A DNA stretch of 64,000 bases from Octopus sinensis (GCF_006345805.1 NC_043001.1:61194001-61258000); one strand, 5' to 3'; positions 42,091 to 55,002 are shown, counted from the stretch's first letter. Numbers and translations are program-made. Notes: generated by a model from the letters alone, not told the origin.

Positions 42091-42512
42091 TAGGCGCAGG
42101 AGTGGCTGTGTGGTAAGTAGCTTGTCTATCAACCACATGGTTCCGGGTTCAGTCCCACTGCGTGGCACCTTGGGCAAGTGTCTTCTACTATAGCCTCGGG
42201 CTGACCAAAGCCTTGTGAGTGGATTTGGTAGACGGAAGCTGAAAGAAGCCCGTCGTATATATGTATATATATATATGCGTGTGTGTGTTTGTGTGTCTGT
42301 GTTTGTCCCCTAGCATTGCTTGACAACCGGTGCTGGTGTGTTTATGTCCCCGTTACTTAGCGGTTCGGCAAAAAGAGACCGATAGAATAAGTACTGGGCT
42401 TACAAAGAATAAGTCCCGGGGTCGAGTTCCTCGATTAAAGGCGGTGCTCCAGCATGGCCGCAGTCAAATGACTGAAACAAGTAAAAGAGTAAAAGAGTAA
42501 AGAGTAAAAGAG
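42091..42512 (+). mobile_element. Full-length tRNA-derived SINE with (GAGTAAAA)n tail
   Basis: GGCGCAGGAGTGGCTGTGTGGTAAG...GGTTCAGTCCCACTGCGTGGCACCTTGGGCAAGTGTC head, internal (TG)n, short tandem tail. Confidence 0.85.
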
Positions 42513-43111
42513 AGATACAGATGGTTTTGTTATTTCCATAGTCGCTATTTATTTTCTAGCCTCAGTATCTATTTGCAGGATTCTTCCAGTCAGAAATTTC
42601 TGTAAATTTATGGACTTTTCAATATGCTACATTAGAATATTCCTTGCTTGTGAAATATAACGCTTTTCATACAGCATATGCAGTCATTGTTTTATAGGAA
42701 TAATCCCCATACATATTATATTTGTGGAGTTAACATACAAACCGCGGGTTTATTTCAAGCATGTATGCTAATAAATTAAAATTGCAGATTAAAATATCGG
42801 AATAAAGGATGCACATATATATAAAGCGAAATTTCTCCATTATGGTATGATATGATATTATTTCCCGCTCCTTGACATTGCCCAAAATTTGTGACAGAAT
42901 GATAAGGATATTGAAAGAATCACAGTATTTAGAAAATACATGAAATTTAATATTTAATATCTATGCCGATTTGAGTTGACAGTTTTACTGCAAATTGAAA
43001 ATATCGGAAAGAAACAAAGATAAATTATTTATTCATAACTCTGAAAGCAATCAATAATTTCTGAAAGAATCTGAATGGATCGCTTTGCTTTACCGGTAAC
43101 TCATATCTTAG

Positions 43112-43167
43112 GGTTATTATCCAAACAGAGATGGAATTTGAACTTGTTACTTGAAATTACAGAGGAG
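43112..43167 (+). other. Candidate 56-bp exon (LLSKQRWNLNLLLEITEE)
   Basis: TCTTAG| acceptor, GAG|GTGAGT donor, one open frame; no homology support. Confidence 0.2.
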
Positions 43168-44484
43168 GTGAGTAAAATCCCTGTCTTCAAATCAATCAAC
43201 TGCAGAAAATCATTCCATATATAGACAAGTAGTCACTGAAACTGCTTGAAAAAACTATCACATCTATCTCATGTCACACTATGTATTTAAAAAGATAAAG
43301 CAGTAATAATACATTATAGTTCTATATATGTATACTAAACTAAATTTTGATTACGGCGGAAATACTAGTGGTGATAGTCTCTTGATATGCTATTGTTTAA
43401 ACCACGATATGGTTCCATATCTGTTTGAACAATAACGACAAAATGCAAGAATATTTCAATAATATTATTAAAGATTTTCTTTTAGTGCATGAATTTTGTT
43501 TACCAAATTAAAATTAGACAAAAGCAATTACATTGGGATTTGAAACGAAATTGAAGTGTCTGTTTTGTATCAGTTTAGTTTATGTCTGCAAGAGTTCGGT
43601 CTATTTCTAAAGGAGATCGATAAGTTGTTTTGATATTCACACTCATAAAATTAAATTGGATGTATCTCAAAACTTGAATCTCTTCAACGTTTCGGAACTA
43701 TAAATGAAATGTGCCCTACAAACCTTATACATTGTTGGCCATAACACCATTGATGACGTAAAAATATTGATTTTATCATTGCTTATGAGATTCAAGAATA
43801 TTATATTTCATTGTTGGCTTCAATGTTTATTTAATGATCACCTACAATATAATGGAACGTAGTTAAGGAAATCTTCCCAAGTTTTAACATTGTAAAGGAC
43901 AAGAATTTATGTGTCTTCTGCAGACATTTATGCAGTTCATTCTTCACGCTTCACAGACTTCTTATGCTATATTCAGATTATAATATAGATTTGAGAGTAT
44001 AATTCTTTGAATCTCCGATAAACCGTATCTGGTGTTGAAATAATTGAATGTATGCTGCACCTAAATCGACAAAGATGGACATCGATGAGTGATGGGAGAG
44101 GCAAATTTACTATCACAATATATACTCGGGGAAGAATTATTCTGAAATGAACAGCTGCTACATGGACTATACCACGGCTCAGTAAACACCTTCCTCTACC
44201 AAGTAGCAACTAGTAGTACACGATCAGTGTTTCATGTTGTTTCGGCAACATTACATACTCTGTAAATTACATGTAAATCGTAATGCTGTATGCGTCTCAC
44301 CACTTTCCGCAAATTTGCTAGATATTAATTTCACTCTACTGAATTATATGTCAAACATCAAATACATCTACTATGAAATTGTTAAAAGATATGCAGGCTT
44401 AATAATATAAAATTCATTTCAAAAATGTACCATGTTTCACTATTTATTCTTGTTTCCACATATATTTTATCTTTTACATGTTTC

Positions 44485-44707
44485 AATCCTTAGACTGTAG
44501 CCATGCTGGGGTACACCTATGAAAAATTATTTGTCTAATATATCGACCCGAGTACTTATTTCTAAAAGCTTGGTATTTATTTTATCGGTCTTTTTGGCCG
44601 AATCGCTAGGTTTCTAATTTACGGGGACGTAAACAAACTAGCACCGCGTATCAAGCGTTGATGGGTGACAAACACAGACACAAAGTCACATACACAGACA
44701 GGCACAC

Positions 44708-44742
<35 letters not shown>

Positions 44743-44753
44743 GACACACGCAG

Positions 44754-44785
<32 letters not shown>

Positions 44786-44791
44786 ACGCAG

Positions 44792-44825
<34 letters not shown>

Positions 44826-45047
44826 TCTCCTTTTAGCCGTTTTATTCATTTAACATCGGCCATGCAGGATGTATATATATATACGACGTGCTTCTTTCAG
44901 TTTCTGTCTACCAAATGCACTCACAAGGCTTTGGTTGGCCCGAGGCTATAGTAGAAGACGCTTGCCCAAGGTGCCACTCAGTTTAACTGAACCCCGAATC
45001 ATGTGGTAGGAAAGCAAGCTTTTTACCACACATCCACGCCTGTGCCT
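44485..45047 (-). mobile_element. tRNA-derived SINE, same family as 42091-42512
   Basis: Reverse complement matches the head, core and 3' parts of the 42.1-kb copy; expanded (CA)n. Confidence 0.85.
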
Positions 45048-45059
45048 ATATTTATACAC

Positions 45060-45830
45060 ACACACACAGACATCATTCATCCAACAAGAAAACTTCCGGA
45101 TAAAGCATGCCTGTAACAAACACTTCAACAACAAACTCAAGTGGATGAAACAGCAACAACACCGATCTCAGCATGGTAAGAATCAACACAGGTACCCAAA
45201 CAATATCGACGTGATATTCATGTTGAAATGTAATTTACCAGCAGACTTCTTCGATGACAGGGCACCAGAAAACAATACCACCACTAACAACAACAGCAAC
45301 AAATACGGTGCAGTACAACTAGATGCGGATGATATGCATGCCTTAGGGTTACCTCCGAAGTTCGTTACATATAAGGTCAGAAAAATTGATTGTCTCTCTG
45401 AGATTGAGAAATTTTTCTTAAAAATAAGATGGACAATAAAACAACAACAATACTAACATACGAAACCAAAACAACAACACAAATATACGAAACCAAAACA
45501 ACAGCAACAATAGCGGTAATAACCACATCTCCAACACAAGCAACTATAGCAACAACACAAACATATGAAATCAAAACAACAACAATAACAACAATGATAA
45601 CCACAACATCACCAACACCATCACCACCACCAGCTTCAACACCAACAACACCCACAACAACAACAGTAAGAAAAACAACCTCAACAATGAACACAACACC
45701 AGCAGCAACAACGCCGGCAACCGTAACAATAACAATTACGAAATAGTAACTCCGGTAGCGCCCTTGACTCTGTCTTCTATAATCCCAACAACAAATCGCA
45801 CGACTAGACATACACACATACATACATTAA
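45060..45830 (+). pseudogene. Penelope-like element N-terminal fragment running into an Asn-rich low-complexity tract
   Basis: HALGLPPKFVTYKVRKIDCLSEIEKFFLKIRW resembles the PLE L.LGPKF...E.F...LRW motif. Confidence 0.55.
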
Positions 45831-46108
45831 TGCACAGGTAATACATACTACGTGCATACACAAGCACTCATGCAAATTGACGCACACACATGCGCACAAA
45901 GAATTAACGCTGCCCCAAATACGGACAGTCAACATCCATTGACAAGTTTCAAAAGCTACGAATATTTAGAAAAAAATTTACTAATAAACTCTCCAGACAC
46001 AATATATACACATATATATAAGTGCGTGTGTGTGCGTTTGTGTGCGTGTGCATTTGTGTGTTGTTTCATGAATAAATTGTTTTAGCAATTTCTATCTTGT
46101 CCTATTTT

Positions 46109-46179
<71 letters not shown>

Positions 46180-46180
46180 A

Positions 46181-46730
46181 GGTGGCTGGCCCCTCGTTAT
46201 CGAGTATGGCCATTGCACAAAGCTTAATCAATGTTGTTATCGTGCATTGCCTGTGCAAGAAGATTTTTTTAAAGTGAGGAAAGGCTGTGCACTGAGTCAA
46301 TCCCACTCACTAAGCAACAGCAGCCATAATCCGAAAAGAAGAACAAGTCAACATCATCGGCAACCACTGAGCCGCAGGTTTTATGTCGGAGTTATCCCAG
46401 TTACCTGAGTTACCCTCTCCTAGAAGGATGCCCTAACAAAGGCTAGGAGTCCTTCACTCCCAATAGTTTAACCGCGCGATCGGGTATTCAGTCCGATTAT
46501 TTCTGTCCCCGCGCATGATACAGCCTTAAGACACTTATTGGATGGTCGTTGACTCTCAAGAGTTCCTCCACCCTTTGACAGGTTTGGTTTTTCATCCCGC
46601 AGGGTGTCCAATAAACACCCTGCTCACCAAGCAAGCTTGGTGGGGTTGCCGGTTTAGTCACCGACGACCCGAACGTGCATCAGGTTGTACTGGGTTACAT
46701 GTTACCAGTAGCACTCGAAAGTCACCTGAC
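46181..46730 (-). mobile_element. ~550-bp GC-rich structured interspersed repeat (possibly an RTE-derived non-autonomous element)
   Basis: Reverse complement of 59017-59567; both copies are flanked by (TA)n. Confidence 0.8.
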
Positions 46731-46886
46731 TATAATATATATATACATACATACATACATACATACATATACATATATATACATATATATATCTATGTAT
46801 GTATTTATATATATATATATATATATGTATACATATATATGTATGTATTTATAAATATATATTTATATACAGATATATAATATATA

Positions 46887-46925
<39 letters not shown>

Positions 46926-47076
46926 TATATATATACATATAAGAAAATAGTAAAGTGTGAAAAAACGACAGAAGGCTTAAATGTTAAAAATATATATATT
47001 TGTGTCAAAATGTCTGGAGAATATTGGAAAAAATTTTTTTCCTTTCCTTAAAATGACATAATTTTTAAAAAATTTA

Positions 47077-47116
47077 AAGAAATTACCGGTTTCGCGTGTA
47101 GCTTTTCAAATTTCTT
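47077..47116 (-). ncRNA. Minimal type I hammerhead ribozyme, U3-A8 core variant
   Basis: AAGAAAU-UUGAAAA-GC(UACAC)GC-GAAA-CCGG-UA|AUUUCUU: perfect 7-bp stem I, palindromic ACCGGU stem III, GUA site. Confidence 0.8.
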
Positions 47117-47263
47117 GTGACGTTATGTTTATATTGCATGGAATTATCGTTGTTTTTATTTCCAGGAGATTTCTAAATAAGGGGAGGTAGTGAGTGATTT
47201 TTTCCGGTGTAGGGGAGATAATCGCTTAAAAAATTTTTTTTTTTTTTTTTTCCCTTTTCCTTG

Positions 47264-48565
47264 TTAATTTCTCTGTGTCAGTATGTTCGGATGGTTGAGT
47301 CTGGGTTTGTACTTTTCAATGAAGAATGTTTCCTTGTTCAGTCTCATTTGTGTTGATGATCCGAAAGCACATTGGTAAAATGGGAAGATTAAAAATTGTG
47401 GCAGTAGTTGCTTTGCGCATTTCTCAATGTGCTCACTAAAAGGTATCATTCTATATGCTGGGAATGCAATCTGTTGTCGATGCAGTGTGCATCTGCGCCT
47501 GAGTGATAGTCCCGTGGAACCCACGTAGTCTTGGTGGCAGCCCGAGCATTTAATAACATAAATTATGTTTTCAGAGGCACAAGTAAAGTTAGATTTGATC
47601 TTAAATTTCTGTCCCTCTTTAAAGAAGAATTCTGATCCTTCCAATAGGTTAGGACATGTTGCACAGTTCGATCTACCACATTTTTTTACTTTTGCATCCG
47701 TAATTTTAGAAGACAATTTTGCCTTTGTGAGAATCTTTTTAAGTGATTTAGGCTGTTTGTAGCTTTTAATGATTTGGTGTATGTTTAGAATTTCCTTTAA
47801 TTTTGGGTTTTTATGAAGTATTGGTAAATTCTGGGTGATGATGGTGAAGGCTTCTTTGTTTCTGGGGTTGTATGTAGATATGTAAGGTAGTATTTTCGGG
47901 GAAGGAGTGTTGTTGTGTTGAACTTTTCTTAAAGTTTCTATGTTGATTTCTGTTGCACGTCTGATCCCATCCTCTATGAGTTGAGCTGGGTAATGTCTGT
48001 CAATTAGGGTGTTTTTGAGTTCTTGCAGTCTAAAGTTCCTGGTATTTTGTTCTGACACTATTGTGCATATCCTTCTTGCAAGGTTGAAGGGGATGTTTGT
48101 TTTAGTGTGTCTTGGGTGGCATGAATTAAAAAGAAGGTATTGTTTGGCGTCTGTGGCTTTGTAAAAAATGTCTGTTTCTATTTTAAGGTTAATTTTTTTA
48201 ATTAGTATATCCAAGAACGGGAGCTCCTTTTGGTTGTATTCCATTGTGAACTGTATATTTGGGTTTATGCTGTTCAATAGGTTTTTAAATTTTAGGAGTT
48301 TATCTATGTTTTCATTCCAGAGAATGAAACAATCGTCTAGGAATCGTTTCCAATTCTCTTTTATGTATTGAGAGAGGGAGTTTCCAAAGATTGATAGAGA
48401 TTCCTGGTAAATGATTATTTCCATGTATCCCATTGTTAAGTTCGCAATGACTGGTGCTGCCCTTGTACCCATAGCAATTCCGGATTTTTGACGGTAAAAT
48501 GTATTGTCAAACATGAAGTGGTTATTGTGTAGGATGAATTCAAAATATGTCTCCACAGATAACAC
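47264..48565 (-). CDS. PLE RT core/thumb + Cys linker + GIY-YIG endonuclease (open, but 5'-truncated; the ORF start is not the native start)
   Basis: GIAMGTRAAPVIANLTMG, RFLDDCF, LPFLDILI, CHPRHT, KCGRSNCATC, IIYVIKCSGCHQDYVGST...RCTLHRQQI, FFIEKYKPRLN. Confidence 0.9.
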   Translation of the reverse strand: MLSVETYFEFILHNNHFMFDNTFYRQKSGIAMGTRAAPVIANLTMGYMEIIIYQESLSIFGNSLSQYIKENWKRFLDDCFILWNENIDKLLKFKNLLNSINPNIQFTMEYNQKELPFLDILIKKINLKIETDIFYKATDAKQYLLFNSCHPRHTKTNIPFNLARRICTIVSEQNTRNFRLQELKNTLIDRHYPAQLIEDGIRRATEINIETLRKVQHNNTPSPKILPYISTYNPRNKEAFTIITQNLPILHKNPKLKEILNIHQIIKSYKQPKSLKKILTKAKLSSKITDAKVKKCGRSNCATCPNLLEGSEFFFKEGQKFKIKSNFTCASENIIYVIKCSGCHQDYVGSTGLSLRRRCTLHRQQIAFPAYRMIPFSEHIEKCAKQLLPQFLIFPFYQCAFGSSTQMRLNKETFFIEKYKPRLNHPNILTQRN

Positions 48566-50159
48566 ATAGGCAAAAAGAAGAAAAATAATGAAATCAAACA
48601 GTTTTCGATTAATTATGGATGCGTTTCTGGATTAGAATTATAAAAATTCATTTCCGTCATCAACATAATATTTCGAGAATTATAAATCTGAAAATGCTAG
48701 GAAAACTTTCCACTTGTTTTCTGACCAAGCGCCATCAGAACATACAAAAGTTAATCAGCATATCCACATTTATATAGACGAGTGAATTCGTATTTCCCTC
48801 CAAGTTTACAATGTACCTCACAAGATAGTACCGTAGAAAGAGATCCGCAGTTTTGTTATCGTGGATTGAAATGATCATTACAGATATAGGGTAAAAAATT
48901 ATTAATTTAATAAATTAACAAACTTTACCAAATAGTTTTCGGTATGGAAAAGAATCATATTCAGTAAAAACTTATACAAAAAGTTGTTTTTTTTATATAT
49001 ATAATTATAACAATAATTAAGGGTTTAGCAACAAGTTGCTTGACCACATGCCGAGAATTTATGAAATAGCAGCCAAAAGACTGATATTTCTTAACAATAT
49101 TTGTAACTCACATAGGCAAAAAGAAGAAAAAATAGTGTAATCAAACAGTCTTCCATTAATTAGGGACATATTTTGTAGAAAAAAGAAATAGCAGACTTTT
49201 GGCTGCTATTTCTAGTACCTCCCATATTAGGTACCCCTCCCATATTATCCTTTAAGCACCCGTCTGATATTCAACTCCACACCGCTCGAACACAAATCCC
49301 ATTTTTTGGCATTTACCACTCACGGAGATTTGATGGGGAAGAGACATAAATTTTGATGGAACCCACCGGTTCTTTCTGACTATTTCCCAGCACTCACGAA
49401 ATGGATACAATACTTCCTGACTTCCAATAGCAAACACTCATCGCCATGTTTCATGCCAGACATTCTAAAGATAGAAGTGTTAAGTAGTCAGCTAACTGTC
49501 GAAATCCTGTGTGAAACTGATTTGTAAGCTCAGCTAAAAATGGATCTCCTGGACTGTATACTATGAGGCGTAGTGTACATCTGTATAACAGGCAAAAAGA
49601 ACGTAGCTCCGATAACGGGCATATATAACATCCACTGACAAGGTTACCAAAGCAACGAAAATTTTTAAGGACACAAAAAATAAATAATATTCGGGTAATG
49701 GAACTATTTAGTTAGTTCACTTTCAATTTAACTAATTTTGGATTGTCTTAAATAAATAATAATTGAATCGATGAGCGCGTAAGCAGTATGTCTCCCCGCA
49801 GATAACAATTTATTTCGCACACAAAGGAAAAATAATCGCAGAAACTGTAAACCAAATCCCTTTTATTACTATCTTCATTTCTCCCTTGTTTTTCTCCCTC
49901 TTAACTCAGTATGAATGAAACTTTGATTATATTAGTTTCTTGTCGACCACTTATGACGCTATTGACATCTGTACATTTAAGTTGATCCAGTTTTTTATAT
50001 TATCGACTGTTATGAACATTTAAACTTGTTAACATTGAAACTTTTAAACATGTTTTACTAATTCATAATTCAAAAATTTTTACCATTGATGAACAAAAAA
50101 TATTTTTAAAACTAGTTTGGTATATATGTAAATTATTTTATTTTAAACCAATTGCATTC

Positions 50160-50525
50160 TTTCATACTCACAGACGATGAATCTATCCATGATTAATCCA
50201 CAATAAGGTGGGTATAATTTCCTGCTATATGATAAGATACTTGTCACACCTCTGTTCATTTCACAAAACTGCTATGTTAGAAATTTTAAAGGCTGAAGGA
50301 ATTTTGTGGAGCAAAGAAAAGAAAAAGAAAAAAGAAACACCGCCCACAAAGAGCATACTGGGATAACTCTCAGTTATCCCAGTATCCTTCAGCCTTTAAA
50401 ATTTCTAACATAGCAGTTTTGTGAAATGAACAGAGGTGGGACAAGTATCTTATCATATTGCAGGAAATTATACCCACCTTATTGTGGATTAATCATGGAT
50501 AGATTCATCGTCTGTGAGTATGAAA
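50160..50525. repeat. Near-perfect fold-back (palindromic MITE-like element)
   Basis: 50160-50300 plus 50356-50368 pair with 50372-50525 with 2 mismatches around a CTC loop (50369-50371); ~55-bp insertion in the left arm. Confidence 0.92.
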
Positions 50526-50981
50526 TATCTCCTCATATCTCCGGTAATTTGCACCTACATTATGGATTGATTTACCTTCTCTGTGAAGCTAACAAGCTTT
50601 TTTAAAACCTGTTATAAGACTGTACATCATCATTTGAGAACTTTGGAGGTCTGCTTACAACCTAAATTTGCTTTTTATAGAACTATCTCCGATACTTCAT
50701 GAGTGTAGCCTCACCCACTAGGATGCTTGGAGAACTCATATGTGTTTTGGCTGATGAGTACGGGACACTTGTATTTGCTGCAATATTTGCAGCTTTTAAT
50801 GAAGCTTGTCTTTGTATGAAACAATTGTACTGAAAAACTAATCCATTCTTGTTGCTTTTTTTCTCGTTTATAATCACCCCTCATTATTGTATGGTTAATA
50901 CCATATAGTTTTCTGGTGCATCTAAGATAAGTACCGCATTCAAGTGAATTCAATAGAACTGACTTGAATCTTAATTGCTTT

Positions 50982-51040
<59 letters not shown>

Positions 51041-51079
51041 AACTTGCACACGTTAGCCACATAAATGGTCTGTTACGAA

Positions 51080-51385
51080 GGCGAGTTTTCCAGTTGAATT
51101 GATTCTATCAGAGGGAGCACCTGCTCATGAAATGAGACATGGAAAGTGACTGAGCACTGCATAGACACATACATCTTTAATGTTGTTCTGATCGAGTTTC
51201 AGTGTGAAACAAAATGCGACATGGCCGGCCCTTTTGTCTTACTAGTACACCATTTTTTTTTCCGAGTGGGCTGGAGCAATGTGCAATAAAGTGTCTTGAT
51301 CAAAGCTATATCGGGCCGCCAGGAATCGAATGCGCGGTCTTACGGACGTGAGCCGAATATTCAAACCACTTTGCCACACCCCCTT
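51080..51385 (-). mobile_element. tRNA-derived SINE
   Basis: Minus strand GGTGTGGCAAAGTGGTTTGAAT...CATTCGATTCCTGG...TTGATCAAGACACTTTATTGCAC (A/B boxes plus core). Confidence 0.7.
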
Positions 51386-52131
51386 CCACAAATAGATAAG
51401 TAACCACCTCACAAAGCAAACACAAGAAATCATGCAATATGCTCTGTAGAACAGAAAGTAAACAATTACACGTATCATACTTTTAGTAGGCTATTAATCT
51501 ATACTCTTCAGATATTGTCATTACCGTTTTCACATTGCGTATGCCTTTCATTATGATCACATATATATTGTGCAAAGAAGCTCTGTGCTATATAACAGAC
51601 ACTGTTATATACGTTCGAGCAGTGTTGCATAGACATTTTATATTGCATTTAATCGAAGCGTCTGCACCTACGATGTATTGTAGCTGTTTATAGGGCATCT
51701 CACATGAGCAAGTGCATGATGGGTAGAAACGATCGTAGTGGCTCTGAAGAAAGAGTGCCGTGAATTCCATTATATTTCTCTCATTATTGTTGTGTGTGTA
51801 TATGTGTGTAGATGTGTGAATATGTATGTGTAAATATGTTGGTTGTGAATTCAAAAGAAAGAAATAAAAAGAGAAAGAATGAAAGAAATGTTTTGATGAG
51901 ATGGTTGGAATTAATGACAGAATAAAAGGTGTAAGTTTCTTCCTATCAATTGCAATAAATTCCTTTTAATAATTCTTTGACAGACAATGTTTTGGTTAGT
52001 GCCATGTTGCCCGGGTGTAGAAAATAGAATCTACGGAATTATCTGGTAGGTTTTTAAACATGCGTGACTTTGTCTAAGAGTATATATGTGAGTGAGTGCG
52101 TGTGTGTGTGTGGTGTGTGTGTGTGTGTGTG

Positions 52132-52190
<59 letters not shown>

Positions 52191-53553
52191 AATGGTTTTC
52201 TAAGTGAATTCTTCCAGCTATTACTGACTTAGAGGCACACGGTATTTTGTTTAAAAACACAAGGCGTCGCCCGGTCCATGAATCGATAATGTACGCTAAT
52301 CACTGAGACACGCGCCTCCACTAAATCCAGTAGATGGACTTCAGTCTTAAAAAATTAATCGATGGAAAAAAAAGGCTACCTGTGAAGGGAGTTATCTTCC
52401 TTGAATTGCTTTTTTTTCAGCATGACAAAATGTCAACTCTTCCCGTGTAAACTTCTGATTCATATTTCGATCTGTTGATGCATCAAAATTTGGAATAAAT
52501 ATAAAATAATACAGTATAGCACTATATTGTAAACAAATGAAATCGTATGTGGAAATATTACTTATGAAACAGACACTTCAGAGAACAAGGGGTTATGTCA
52601 GAACTGTCGGACGGCATACTGATTATGGTTAAGTTCTATGTTCCTGCTCGACTTGAAAGGGTAGAAATGCATTTTCTAGATCAAACTTCGGGAATCATAC
52701 AGACTTATTAATTGGGTACATCGTTTCCTCTGGCTCGTCATGCGTCTATGCTAAAGCAATTTCAGTGTTATACAAATATCAAAACAACATCGCGGAGAAA
52801 CACAATCTCTTTTACGACGGTGGCAATAGAATTCATCTATTTCAAGTATTCAAAATAATTGTTATGTCTTTCTATGCCATGTGAATAGAAAACAAGTTTG
52901 ATTGGTCTAGTACTCCACGTGGAACCATTCATTTTTGCAGAAGATCGGTTTATCAGCAGATGTGAAATACACATTTGGAATATAAAACCCCAGCATTGTA
53001 GAACCGTATCTTTATATACGCTTGGTGACTTCCTATACGCTGATGAATTTATTGCGAAAATATTAGACTGTAAGGAATATTAATGTATTAAATAGCAAGG
53101 TGGTATGTTAAAGGCTAGGGAAAGATTCCATGTGTTTGAGAACCAATATTAATGATCCATTTTGTGTTATTTGAAACCTACAATAAACAGATTTCATGTA
53201 GAAATTCTTCCAAGAGAGAATAGACTGGTGAATAAGTTAGTACAGAAAATGACGTAAGTTGAGACGTCGCTAATGTTACATATAATAAAACACAATGCCC
53301 ATTCAGTCGGTCTCGCTGCTAGAGGGAAAATAAATAACAAACACAGTGGAAGGGATTGACAGTCAAAGACGCTAAAAGAAGGCGACCTGTAGTAAGAGCA
53401 TCTGCCTTAACATCCCTGGTATTTTGATAAGAATCCTGGACAATTTTTGTGGAAAATCCTATATAGATAGGTATGTGTACATATATATATATATATATAC
53501 ATATACTTACACACACATGCAAAAACACACACGCACACACACACACACACACA

Positions 53554-53595
<42 letters not shown>

Positions 53596-53608
53596 CTATA
53601 TATATATA

Positions 53609-53675
<67 letters not shown>

Positions 53676-54145
53676 ACAAAGTAGATTTTTTTCAATTTCG
53701 TTTCTCCGTATAGGAATCGAAAAATAAAATAAATCTGGATTGCAAATAGAAGTACTCAAGTATAAAACTGAGGCAAAACAAAAACTCTGTGGTTAAAAAA
53801 GGGCTTCAGAATTGGGCAAACAAATTTATATCATCCCCATATATTCACACCGTTGAGCATAAATAAATACATATTAAAATACCAGGACGCTTAGCATACA
53901 AAACGCGAAGGTATAAGAATATACATATATACACATATAAAAACGTGTGAGAAACCTGTGAAGAATGATGAATATGAATGTATATATATAGTATGGCAAT
54001 TAAAAATTTAAAAAGAAACATAGAATAAAAATTAAGGTAGTTAAACTATTAAAAGTAAAAGGGATCCAGAATAATGTGTCGTAAAATGCAAGAATGAATG
54101 CAAGACAAGAATCCAGAATAATGTCCATCATAAAGAGGAATTCAA

Positions 54146-54227
54146 GTCCACGGCCGTTTCAGTAGCCACTGCCACAATCCATTAACACATTAAAACATCA
54201 TAGCAACAATGGTCTCTTCATCAGGAA
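54146..54227 (-). ncRNA. Hammerhead-like motif with long stem II; probably inactive (GUG site, weak stem I)
   Basis: UUC-CUGAUGA-AGAGACCAUUGUUGCUAUGAU...AUUGUGGCAGUGGCUACU-GAAA-CGGCCG-UG; palindromic ACGGCCGU. Confidence 0.55.
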
Positions 54228-54369
54228 AAAAAAACATCTTCACCAAAGAAGTTTCACATTCTGGTAATCCGTCATTATTACAAGTAAAGAAACATATTTT
54301 AATTCGTACACACTCTCCATATATGTTTATAGAGAATAAACACATGATTAAGTTCATAACCGTTTGCAC

Positions 54370-54487
54370 GTCCGTGCGTTAGAGTCACGTGACAGTATAT
54401 TTTGCGCCTAAATAGAAGGCCAACATGGTTAAATAAACATGTTTAGTTATACCAAAATACACTGTCATGTGACACTAACGCATGGAC
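54370..54487. repeat. Small inverted-repeat element (35-bp arms)
   Basis: 54370-54404 versus the reverse complement of 54453-54487, 4 mismatches. Confidence 0.75.
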
Positions 54488-54941
54488 GCAGCGGGTGACG
54501 TACAGAGATTTATAAACTTAATCAAACACCTGACAGAAAACATTCAGAGCATCGATAATTTGGACATGTTCAGTCAACTGCGTCAACCTTAACTTACAAC
54601 GTGAAACATTGCCACTTGATATTAACACATGGATGAAGCGGGGAAACTACAAATATTTCTAAGACCAGTCATGTGACTATTACATACACATCAAATCCTA
54701 TTCAAATCATATACTAATTTGAGCCATGAACTTTCAATAAAAATAAGGCAATCTTCAAACACTAGTCAGAAGAAAGTCAGCTGAGACACAAGCCACGTCT
54801 TTCTGTTTGAATCTTTTGAAAACCAGTGTAAACTGTGAAACCGATTAAAACTTTAAATGTATCAATAAAAATATATTTTAAGTATTCTCAGTGCATTCTC
54901 AAATTCTATTTTGCCTTTATACATATAAACTTTTAAAAAGA

Positions 54942-55002
<61 letters not shown>

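Larger units (their letters stand above)
46940..48565 (-). mobile_element. Neptune-type Penelope-like element, 5'-truncated, with a 3' terminal repeat and HHR, ending at (TA)n
   Basis: Uninterrupted ORF 47264-48565, then an HHR at 47077-47116, an AT-rich tail and a (TA)n junction. Confidence 0.93.

Noticed and set aside
45429-45746. Thr/Pro-rich ORF resembling a mucin
   Set aside because: It is an alternate frame of an AAC-rich tract directly continuing a PLE fragment; no signal peptide or splice support.
48923-48970. Minus-strand CUGAAUA...CAUACC-GAAA hammerhead-like string
   Set aside because: C3-U8 is unpaired and the 5' side of stem II appears deleted, so it was not counted among the variants.
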